Positions 26,002 to 33,585 of a stretch of 39,508 bases of DNA are shown one piece after another; the stretch's first letter is position 1, and each line of letters begins with the position of its first letter. A program made the position numbers and the translations under genes. The DNA comes from an uncultured bacterium (GTDB lineage Bacteria; Methylomirabilota; Methylomirabilia; Rokubacteriales; CSP1-6): assembly GCA_964450175.1 (NCBI GenBank), contig CAYVHH010000371.1, positions 1 through 39,508 on the forward strand, read 5' to 3'. The notes below the pieces were generated by a model that made no database searches, was not told the origin of the DNA, and worked only from the letters and a program-made list of their open reading frames with translations.

Positions 26002-26859
26002 TCAGGGCGCGCGCCCACCCCGGCCCAGCCACGCGGCGAGCGGCACTTGAAGGCCCGCCATCACGAGCGTCACGATGACGCACATCAGCTTCACGTCCGG
26101 ATCGTCGCCGAAATTTTGCGTCGCCACCGTGAGCGCCGCCCCGACGTTGCGTGCTCCGCTCGCGAAGCCCAGAACGACGCGAAAGTCTCGCCGCGGCCCG
26201 CCGAGCGCGAATCCGATCATCGTTCCGCCCAGCACCAGAATCACCGCCGCGAGGAAGGCGTAGTGGCCGACCGCGCCCCATAGCGTGGGCGCCCCCACGA
26301 CGACCACGAGGACGAGCGTGGCGACCAGCGTGACGTTGGACGCCTTGCCCAGGGGTCCGATCAAGCGCACCGCGAGCGAGTCGTTGTATGTGCGCAGAAA
26401 CAGGCCGGCCATCAGGGGGAGCAGCAGCATCAGCACGAGCGAGCGCTCGATCGCGAGGGCATCGGCTCTGGCGTCGGCCAGCCACCACGGCAGCACCAGT
26501 GGGATGTAGACGATCGTCCCGATCGTGAGCAGCAGCATGAGCGTCGCCGCCCAGGCGCGGTTGCCACGGGAGAGGTCGCTGAGCGTCGGCAGAAAGGGAG
26601 CCCCGGCGCAGACGGCCGTCAGCGCGAGCCCCACCCGAAAGCCCTCCTTCAGGGGCAGGATCCGAACCACGAGGTAGCCGAGCAGGGGAACGAGCACGAA
26701 GTTCGCGACCAGGGCCGAGCCGACGAGAAGCGCGTTGCGCAACGGCTCCAGGACCTGGCGCACCTTCAGCTGGAGTCCCATGTGCAGCAAGGTGCTGACG
26801 ACCCAGACGACGAGACACACGCGGGCGAGCGCCGTCAGGACGTCAGCGACGGGGCCCAT
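26002..26859 (-). CDS. Bile acid:sodium symporter (BASS/SBF-like) family transporter
   Basis: 285-aa polytopic membrane protein. The segments GLALTAVCAGAPF and ASGARNVGAALTVA fit the two crossover motifs of the SBF fold. No SD was found. Confidence 0.72.
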   Translation of the reverse strand: MGPVADVLTALARVCLVVWVVSTLLHMGLQLKVRQVLEPLRNALLVGSALVANFVLVPLLGYLVVRILPLKEGFRVGLALTAVCAGAPFLPTLSDLSRGNRAWAATLMLLLTIGTIVYIPLVLPWWLADARADALAIERSLVLMLLLPLMAGLFLRTYNDSLAVRLIGPLGKASNVTLVATLVLVVVVGAPTLWGAVGHYAFLAAVILVLGGTMIGFALGGPRRDFRVVLGFASGARNVGAALTVATQNFGDDPDVKLMCVIVTLVMAGLQVPLAAWLGRGGRAP

Positions 26860-26880
26860 CAGACTCGCGCGAGCACGCGA

Positions 26881-26916
26881 TCAGCGGAGGGGCCGAGACG
26901 CTGACCCCTCCGCTGA
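26881..26916 (-). terminator. Perfect 12-bp hairpin between the D-aminoacylase and the BASS transporter gene
   Basis: TCAGCGGAGGGG (26881-26892) pairs perfectly with CCCCTCCGCTGA (26905-26916) around a 12-nt loop. It lies 27 nt after the upstream stop and only 22 nt before the next start. It may therefore be an intercistronic attenuator or stabiliser rather than a full terminator. Confidence 0.45.
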
Positions 26917-26942
26917 GGACCGATCGGCGGGTGCGGGTCGCG

Positions 26943-28637
26943 CTAGCCCGCCATCTGATGGCGAGCGTTCTTGATCACGCGGCCGGGATGACTTCCGGTG
27001 TGCTGGCCCTTCTCGAGCAGCACCTCACCGTTGACCACCGTGTAGTGGATGCCCTCGGCCAGCTCACGCATCCGCCAGCCGTTGGCCGGGAAGTCGTGCA
27101 CGACGTCTTCCTTGACCGGCGCGACCGTGTCCGGGTCGAAGACCACGAGGTCCGCCGCCATGCCGGGCTGCACCAAGCCGCGATCGTAGATGCCGAAGGC
27201 CGAGGCCGAGTCATACGTCAGCCGCCGCACGGCGTGCTCGAGCGACATGATCTGCTTCTCGCGCACCCAGTAGCCCAGCAGGCGCGTCGGGTTGCTGACA
27301 TTCGAGTGGAACTGCACGTGGGCGCCGCCGTCGGTGAGCCCGACCACCGCGTACGGGCTCCCGAGGATCTGCGCGACGGCCTCGGTGTCCATGTTGATCT
27401 CGCCCAGGCTGAACACGGTTTCCAGGTTTTCCTCGACGGCCAGATCGAGGAACGCGTCGAGCGGATGCTGGCCTCTGGCCTTCGCGATCTCGGCGATGTG
27501 CTTGCCGGCGAGCCCGCGGTTCTTCGCGAGCTTGGGCTCCTCGACGAACATGAGGTCCCAGCGCTTGGAAAACGTCGAGTCCGGACCCAGCGGCGCGTCG
27601 ACCTCGTCGCGCAGCTTCGCGCGGATCGCGGGATTGGCGTACGCGGTGAGCTTGTCGGCGTCGGGACCCTGCAGGATCGGCAGCCACGTCGGCATGCTGC
27701 GGAACACCTGGCAGTTCTTCATGGTGAAGCGGTTGACCACGCTGCCGGGGTTGCAGAGCGGGATCGCGCGGATCCCCTGCTTCACGGTCTCCTCGACGTG
27801 CGCCAGATGCGCCTTCCACCGCCCGGGCTGCCGTGCCTGCTCGAGCAAGGTGTTGTACATGATCGGCCGGCCGCTCGCCTCCGAGATGCGAGACAGGAGC
27901 TTGTCCTTCAGCTCGGGATTGGTGCCGCCGCCGCACTGCATCACACCCGTGCCCACCTCGCGCAGCACGTCCGCCAGCGCGAACAGCTCAGATTCCGGGG
28001 CGCACGCCGCGGGGATGCGCTTCCCCGCGATGTCGAAGTGGTTCATGTTCCGCGTGATCGAGAGTCCCAGCGCGCCGGCCTCGAGCGATTCGCGCACCAG
28101 GCGACGCATCGTCTCGAGCTCGTCCGGCGTGGCGTCGCGGTCCGAGCACTCCTCGCCCATCGCGTAGAGCCTCACCGCCGAGTGACCGACGAGCGTGCCG
28201 ACGTTGACGCCGAGACGCTGGCCGATCGCGGTCATGTACTGGGGGAACGTCTCCCAGCTCCAGGGCACGCCGGCCTGCAGGACGTCCATCGGGATGGCCT
28301 CGACGTACGAGAGCATGCCGGCCAGCTTCTCGCGCGCCTCGGGCTTGACCGGCGCCAGCGCGAGCGAGCAGTTGCCGATGATGACCGTGGTGGAGCCGTG
28401 GTGACAGGAATAGGTGCAGAGGGGATCCCACACGACCTGCGCGTCGTAGTGGCAGTGATTGTCGACGAAGCCCGGCGAGACGACCCTGCCGTCGGCTTCG
28501 ATCGTCTGGCGCGCGGAGCCGCTCAGACGGCCGATCTCGACGATCTTGCCCTTCGCCACGCCGACGTCACCATGATAGGCGGGCCGCCCGGATCCGTCGA
28601 TGACGCGTCCGTTCTTGATCAGGAGGTCGTAGGTCAT
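26943..28637 (-). CDS. N-acyl-D-amino-acid deacylase (D-aminoacylase) family amidohydrolase
   Basis: ATG 28637 sits 7 nt after AAGGAG. The N-terminus reads YDLLIKNGRVIDGSGRP...VSPGFVDNHCHYD. TDGGAH occurs near the C-terminus. The 564-aa length is typical. Confidence 0.88.
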   Translation of the reverse strand: MTYDLLIKNGRVIDGSGRPAYHGDVGVAKGKIVEIGRLSGSARQTIEADGRVVSPGFVDNHCHYDAQVVWDPLCTYSCHHGSTTVIIGNCSLALAPVKPEAREKLAGMLSYVEAIPMDVLQAGVPWSWETFPQYMTAIGQRLGVNVGTLVGHSAVRLYAMGEECSDRDATPDELETMRRLVRESLEAGALGLSITRNMNHFDIAGKRIPAACAPESELFALADVLREVGTGVMQCGGGTNPELKDKLLSRISEASGRPIMYNTLLEQARQPGRWKAHLAHVEETVKQGIRAIPLCNPGSVVNRFTMKNCQVFRSMPTWLPILQGPDADKLTAYANPAIRAKLRDEVDAPLGPDSTFSKRWDLMFVEEPKLAKNRGLAGKHIAEIAKARGQHPLDAFLDLAVEENLETVFSLGEINMDTEAVAQILGSPYAVVGLTDGGAHVQFHSNVSNPTRLLGYWVREKQIMSLEHAVRRLTYDSASAFGIYDRGLVQPGMAADLVVFDPDTVAPVKEDVVHDFPANGWRMRELAEGIHYTVVNGEVLLEKGQHTGSHPGRVIKNARHQMAG

Positions 28638-28958
28638 CTCGCCGCTCCTTTCCGAGTACGCCAGTCTGGGCTACGGCTGGGATGGTAGCTCAGAAGCGAA
28701 CGGTCGGATAGCGATAGCGACGGAGCGCTCGGCGAGCGTCCTCGAACGAGACCACATCAAGGGGCGGCAGTGGCGCCGATGGGTCGACCGGGGCGAAGCC
28801 GCCTCGGTCTCCACGTTTGGCCCGGTCGCAAGCCCGTGTGAACGCGTCTCTCTCACGATGGCTGTGGCACAATGCTGCCCGCCAGGAAGTCACCCCCATC
28901 GTGACGCCCTCCGCGAGAGGGCGCGGTCGGGTCGGTTCACATTGAAAGGAGCGACGCA

Positions 28959-29531
28959 ATGAGATCGGCAGCGACGAGCATCGTGATTGTCTCGGTCGCG
29001 CTCTTGACCTTCACCTTCGCCCTGGCGGCCGACCAATCGAAGGCGGACAAGGAGCGCCAGGAGATCCGCAAGCGGACAGGAGAGATCCTTGCCCAGCTGT
29101 ACAAGACGGAGCCGAAGGCCAAAGCCAACGTTCAGAAGGCAGCGGGCTACGCGGTCTTCAGCAACTTTGGCATGAAGATCTTCGTGGCCGGTAGCGGGAC
29201 AGGCAAGGGCGTCGCCGTCGACAACAAGAGCAAGAAGGAAACGTTCATGAAGATGCTGGAGCTCCAGGCAGGTCTTGGCTTCGGCGTCAAGAAGTTCAGC
29301 CTCGTCTGGGTCTTCGAGACGACGGAGACTCTTGGGACCTTCATCAACTCCGGCTGGGAGCTGGGTGGCCAGACGAGTGTGGCCGCCAAGGCCGGTGAGA
29401 AAGGCGCCGCCTTTCAGGACGCCATGGCCGTCGCGCCCGGCGTGTGGCTCTATCAGCTCACCGACAAAGGCGTGGCCCTGGAGCTCACGGCAAAGGGAAC
29501 GAAATACTCCAAGGATGACGACTTGAACTGA
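28959..29531 (+). CDS. Secreted SYLF (DUF500/Ysc84-like) domain protein
   Basis: ATG sits 7 nt after AAAGGAG. The signal peptide ends FALAAD. AAGYAVFSNFGMKIFVAGSGTGKGVAV...LQAGLGFGVKKFSLVWVF...GWELGGQTSVAA follows the repeated Gly-rich beta pattern of SYLF domains. The gene is visibly less GC-rich than its neighbours. Confidence 0.7.
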   Translation: MRSAATSIVIVSVALLTFTFALAADQSKADKERQEIRKRTGEILAQLYKTEPKAKANVQKAAGYAVFSNFGMKIFVAGSGTGKGVAVDNKSKKETFMKMLELQAGLGFGVKKFSLVWVFETTETLGTFINSGWELGGQTSVAAKAGEKGAAFQDAMAVAPGVWLYQLTDKGVALELTAKGTKYSKDDDLN

Positions 29532-29540
29532 GGCCGAGCG

Positions 29541-30110
29541 CTATCGTCGCTGCAGGCCGAGCGTACGGAATACGTCGAGCCGGACCACCGCCCAGCCGAG
29601 GGCCCGGAGGTGGTTGTCGATCTCGTTCATGAGTCGGCGATCACCCCGGCGCCGATCGGGCGAGCTGGCCCGATCCCCGGAGCGCCGCTCCGCGCGCCGG
29701 CGATCCAGGACGACCTCGACCGAGGAATTGCCCGAAAACGCGCGCTTCGCGTACTCGAACAGCTTCTGGCGATCGCGCGCGACGACCACGATCTGCTTCG
29801 CGGCCTGTCCGTGAGCCTCGTCGCGGCCCTTCGACTCGGCCGTCCAGCTCTTGGGAAACGGATGGAACTGGGGCAGGACCTTCAGCGGCCCCTGGTCGAG
29901 GAACTTGGAGAGGAGCACCCAGGTATCTCCGCCACACGCGGGGCATGACGAGGTTCCGATTTCAAAGCATGCCTCGCAATCGAGGCACAACGCTAGGCGG
30001 CGAAGCGGCAGATGCAGCGATAGCGCTGTGCTTCGTGTGTGGCGGATGTGGACCCGGGCGCTTTCCGATCTCATCGCGAACGTCCGGGAGAGTGGCAAAT
30101 CGGATGCCAC
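29541..30110 (-). CDS. Zinc-ribbon protein with an arginine-rich DRR C-terminal module (paralogue of 2127-2594)
   Basis: CLDCEACFEIGTSSCPACGG is a CxxC...CxxC ribbon. The C-terminus KQIVVVARDRQKLFEYAKRAFSGNSSVEVVLDRRRAERRSGDRASSPDRRRGDRR...LRALGWAVVRL aligns with the ORF at 2127-2594. The start is uncertain (GTG 30110 or ATG 30074), and neither has an SD. Confidence 0.65.
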   Translation of the reverse strand: MASDLPLSRTFAMRSESARVHIRHTRSTALSLHLPLRRLALCLDCEACFEIGTSSCPACGGDTWVLLSKFLDQGPLKVLPQFHPFPKSWTAESKGRDEAHGQAAKQIVVVARDRQKLFEYAKRAFSGNSSVEVVLDRRRAERRSGDRASSPDRRRGDRRLMNEIDNHLRALGWAVVRLDVFRTLGLQRR

Positions 30111-30261
30111 GCGGATTCGTTAGCGGAAACTTCGACGTATTGCCGAGTTATGCGCGAAGGCGCCTCGTGCGCGCCGCGCGATTGACTATATTGACTGGAC
30201 AGTCCGGCATCACCCTGGTCAAGGTTGTGCCGGTCAGTTGGCTTCGCCGAGCAGCGCGCGC

Positions 30262-31557
30262 CTATGCGCGGGTCGCCTGCGCGAGCCAGGCGAGGTCGCG
30301 CGGCGACGGGCGGACACCCAGGCGCCGGCGAATGAGTCGCTGGGCCTGGTCGAGGCGGCCGAGCCGCAGCAGGCAGACGACCATCGTTTCCTCGAACAGC
30401 TCCCACTGGGCGTGGCTGCCGCCCACCCGGTGGATCTCACCGTCGACCGACTCGATGAGAGCCAGAGCTCCGGCGTAGTCTCCGGCCACGTAGGACGCGA
30501 CGCCTCTGACCAGCGGCAGGGCGACCGTGCCGGCGATCGGGTGCCCCTTCGCGTGGAGGGCGTCCAGGCCGGTGATCAGAGTCGACAGTGCCGCGACGTC
30601 GCCCGCCGACGCATAGGCGAGGGCGGCATGGACGTCGCCGAAGATGAAGCCCAGGCGCGTCACGCGGGTGGCGAGGTCGGCCAGCCGCCGCCAGGGCAGG
30701 GGGCCCTTCTGATAGTCGTAGAGCCCGAAGCGCCAGAGCAGCGCCGAGCCGTCGATCATCGCCAGGCGCGGATTGGACGACGGCGCGATGTCGCGCTCGT
30801 AGATCGCGAGGGCCTGCTCCGGCCGGCCGCACTGAAGCTCGAAGAGCGCCAAGTGCCACGCCAGGTGGCAGTGGAACGGCGCGCGGCGGTCGTAGCCGCC
30901 GAGCCAGCCGGAGAGCATCGCGATCCCGCCTTCGTTGTCGACGGTCTCGTAGCAGACGTGGGCGACGTTGTGGCTTGCGTTCGCGTTGCCCGGAAACTGG
31001 GCGAGCGAGCGCTCCGAGAGACGGCGCGACTCTTCGTAGCGTCCGACCTCGTGATACGTGAAGCCGAGCGCCGACTGATACCACCAGTCGTCACCGTAGG
31101 CGTGGGCCAGGCCTTCGACGAATCCGACACGCAGGGCCTCGCGATCGGCGCGGCCGCCGAGCCCGATGGTGCTGCCGGCCTGGTTCACGAGCAGCGCGTC
31201 GCGCGGGAACTCCTTCACGTGCTCTTCGATGAGCGCCAGGCCACGCGCCGAGTCGCCGCCGGCGATCGCGGCGAGCGCCTCGACGTGCTGCCGCTCGCGC
31301 CGCGTCACGCCGGGCGTCAGGCCGCGCGCCCGGTCGATCGACGTCTTCGCCGAGGCGCCGTCGCCCTGGAAGAGCGCGAAGAGCGCCGCGCCCGCGTGGC
31401 CGAGGGCGAAGCCCTCGTCGGCCGCGACCGCCGCGGCGAACGACTGATCGGCGCCGAACCCGTAGGAGAGCAGCTTGTCCATGCCGTCCTGATAGTGGCG
31501 GGCGGCACCGGCCGATGTGGTCGAGAGCGTCAGGCCGTAGCGGTCGGCGAGGCTCAT
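30262..31557 (-). CDS. TTC38-family tetratricopeptide repeat protein
   Basis: ATG 31557 forms an ATGA overlap with the upstream stop. LSTTSAGAARHY, TRRERQHVEALAAIAGGD, SHNVAHVCYE, HLAWHLALFELQCGRPEQALAIYERDI and GGSHAQWELF line up with blocks I recall from human TTC38. The track ORF 30262-32148 over-extends. Confidence 0.85.
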   Translation of the reverse strand: MSLADRYGLTLSTTSAGAARHYQDGMDKLLSYGFGADQSFAAAVAADEGFALGHAGAALFALFQGDGASAKTSIDRARGLTPGVTRRERQHVEALAAIAGGDSARGLALIEEHVKEFPRDALLVNQAGSTIGLGGRADREALRVGFVEGLAHAYGDDWWYQSALGFTYHEVGRYEESRRLSERSLAQFPGNANASHNVAHVCYETVDNEGGIAMLSGWLGGYDRRAPFHCHLAWHLALFELQCGRPEQALAIYERDIAPSSNPRLAMIDGSALLWRFGLYDYQKGPLPWRRLADLATRVTRLGFIFGDVHAALAYASAGDVAALSTLITGLDALHAKGHPIAGTVALPLVRGVASYVAGDYAGALALIESVDGEIHRVGGSHAQWELFEETMVVCLLRLGRLDQAQRLIRRRLGVRPSPRDLAWLAQATRA

Positions 31558-32495
31558 GGCGTGTTCAGGTATTTGAGGGCGAGGCCCGGACGCGGCCACT
31601 CGAACGACACGAGCGTGCCGCCCATCGACAGGGTCGCGAACGCGGTCCTGAGATCGCGGCCGCCGAAGCAGACATTGGTGACCATCATGTCCGGCAGCTT
31701 GTACTGGTCGACGCGGCTGCCGTCCGGCCAGATGTCGCTCACCGCGCCGGTGATCAGGGTGGCGACGCAGATATGGCCCTCGCCGTCGACCGCGAGCGAG
31801 TCGAACATCTGGTAGCCGCCGAGCCCGGCGACGACGGTGCCCTTCTCGCCGCGATAGGGCCCGTTCGCCGATTCGATCTGGCCGGGCGCCGAGAGCTTGA
31901 ACGCCCAGCAGCGCGCGGTCGGCGTCTCGACGACGTAGAGCGTGCGCTCGTCCGGCGAGAGCCCGATGCCGTTCGGCCGCTCGAGCGGAAAGATCGCCTC
32001 GCGGATCATCGAGCCGTCGGCCTTCGCGTAGTAGACCGAGCCGCGATCCATGTCGCGGTCGCGCGTCTTGCCGAGATCCGTGAACCAGAACCCGCCGGCG
32101 CTGTCGAACACGAGATCGTTGGGCCCGCGCAGCTTCAATCCGTCGCACGCGTCATAGAGCGTCTCGAATTTTCCGCTGTCGGGATCGACGCGCTGGATCA
32201 GCCCACCCCTGTAGTCGTCGCCCTGCGCGATCGGAAACAGCTTGCCCGGGCGATCCATGAACTTCAGCCCGCCGTTGTTGGTCACGTAGATCTTGCCGCC
32301 CGGGCCCATGGCCGCGCCGTTGGGTCCGCCGCCGAGCGTGGCGACCACGTGGATCTTGCCGTCGGGTGTGACGCGCGAAAGCGTGCGCCGCTCGATCTCG
32401 ACCAGCACCACCGAACCGTCGCTCATCGCCACCGGGCCCTCGGGGAATCGCAGACCCGTCGCGATCGTCTTGAGCGCTGGAGTGATCGTCTTCAA
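31554..32495 (-). CDS. SMP-30/gluconolactonase/LRE family protein
   Basis: TTG 32495 sits 5 nt after AGGAGGA (in-frame, 314 codons). RFPEGPVAM, GPNGAAMGP, GPNDLVFDSAGGFWFTD, RPNGIGLSPD and TNVCFGG are the beta-propeller blade motifs of this family. Confidence 0.85.
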   Translation of the reverse strand: MKTITPALKTIATGLRFPEGPVAMSDGSVVLVEIERRTLSRVTPDGKIHVVATLGGGPNGAAMGPGGKIYVTNNGGLKFMDRPGKLFPIAQGDDYRGGLIQRVDPDSGKFETLYDACDGLKLRGPNDLVFDSAGGFWFTDLGKTRDRDMDRGSVYYAKADGSMIREAIFPLERPNGIGLSPDERTLYVVETPTARCWAFKLSAPGQIESANGPYRGEKGTVVAGLGGYQMFDSLAVDGEGHICVATLITGAVSDIWPDGSRVDQYKLPDMMVTNVCFGGRDLRTAFATLSMGGTLVSFEWPRPGLALKYLNTP

Positions 32496-32518
32496 GGTGC
32501 TCCTCCTGGGCGTCGAGT

Positions 32519-33472
32519 TTACTGCGTCGCGCGGGGGCTCAGCGCTCGCGCGTACTCCGGGGGGCGAGGGCGCAGGAGCTCGCGACACCGGCACGCGGTC
32601 GGCTCGCCTGCCTCGTCGAGGAACGAGAGCTCGAGGGTCGCGGCCACGGCGGGAAGCGTCTCCATGTAGAGCTGATTCAAGACGATCGTCGGATCCTCGG
32701 GCTCGAGGCCGGTGCCCCAGTTGGCCACGACGTGATAGTAGGCGAGGTGCATCCCGCACACGCGCGCCAGCACCGGGCTGACGCAATCGCCGGTGATGAC
32801 GGGCATGCCGATCTGGCGGCCCGACGCTTCGAGCATGCGGCACATCGCGAGCGACTCGAAGCCGTTTCCGGCGAGCCAGCGGTTCAGCACCACGCCGGCC
32901 TCCGGCCCGTGAATGCGACGGAATCGGAAGTCGGGCACGCGCCCGGCGCGCGAGCGCAGCGCGTCCGCGAGCGGCGGGCAGAACGGATCGTCCATGATCG
33001 CAACCTGGCGCGGCAGGCAGAACTCGAGCTCGGTGCCGGGCAGGCCGGTCGGCATCGTGTCGCGCGTCAGGTAGCTCTTCGGCAGCACGAAATCGCCGGG
33101 GCGCACCGCGCCTTCGTCGGCGGCGGTTCGCCGCCAGTCGCAGCTGCCGCTGGTTCCGCCGACGAGCAGCACGCGCACGCCCGCCTTCCAGAGAATCCAG
33201 AATGTCTTCCACTCGCTGGCGTGGAGCAGGGGGTCCTCGTCGACGACCTGGCCGTACGTCGGAATGCGCAGGAACTCACGCCCGCTCGGCCCACGGAAGT
33301 GCTCCACCTGGGGACCGAGCCCGTAGGGCGTCTGGGGCCGGTGGACGCCGAGCCTCGTGTGCCCGCGCGTGGCCGCGAGCTCGTGGAACCGATCGCCGAG
33401 GCCCCAGGTCGGGCTCCCACCGAGCGTCGCGAAGGCGGCCCGCGGCCCGACGTATTCGACGCTCGAGTTCAC
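32519..33472 (-). CDS. MTAP/PNP family nucleoside phosphorylase-like protein (divergent)
   Basis: Block-wise similarity to MTAP: GGS.. near the N-terminus, VRPGDFVLPKSYLTRD (compare IQPGDIVIIDQFIDRT), DDPFCPPL (compare AEPFCPKT), and VSPVLARVCGMHLAYYHVVANW (compare [24 protein letters not shown]). The GTG start has no SD, so the start is uncertain. Confidence 0.68.
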   Translation of the reverse strand: MNSSVEYVGPRAAFATLGGSPTWGLGDRFHELAATRGHTRLGVHRPQTPYGLGPQVEHFRGPSGREFLRIPTYGQVVDEDPLLHASEWKTFWILWKAGVRVLLVGGTSGSCDWRRTAADEGAVRPGDFVLPKSYLTRDTMPTGLPGTELEFCLPRQVAIMDDPFCPPLADALRSRAGRVPDFRFRRIHGPEAGVVLNRWLAGNGFESLAMCRMLEASGRQIGMPVITGDCVSPVLARVCGMHLAYYHVVANWGTGLEPEDPTIVLNQLYMETLPAVAATLELSFLDEAGEPTACRCRELLRPRPPEYARALSPRATQ

Positions 33473-33585
33473 CGTGGCAGCGTAGGTGACGCCGGCACGG
33501 AGGTCAAAGGGAACCTGGCGCGCTTGGATTCTCCAGGGAAACCGGCTAAGGTTGCGGAGGCCGAGCAGAGCTTCGAGGAGGATTT

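Noticed and set aside
28679-28693. GGGATGGTAGCTCAG, which resembles the 5' acceptor/D-arm of a tRNA.
   Set aside because: The downstream sequence does not fold into D, anticodon or T arms, and no GTTCGAATC-type T-loop is present. It is most likely a chance match or at best a tiny relic. No tRNA gene is present in the window.
28865-28878. A sigma-54-like element, TGGCACAATGCTGC, upstream of the SYLF gene.
   Set aside because: The GG-to-GC spacing is one nucleotide short of the invariant -24/-12 geometry (11 rather than 12 positions from the first G of GG to the G of GC). No enhancer-binding protein gene is nearby.
28690-28959. An 89-aa minus-strand ORF in the long intergenic region upstream of the SYLF gene.
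   Set aside because: G/C preference at third codon positions is clearly weaker than in neighbouring genes. There is no SD and no recognisable motif. It would start head-to-head with the SYLF ATG. It is retained only as a caveat under the structured-leader finding.
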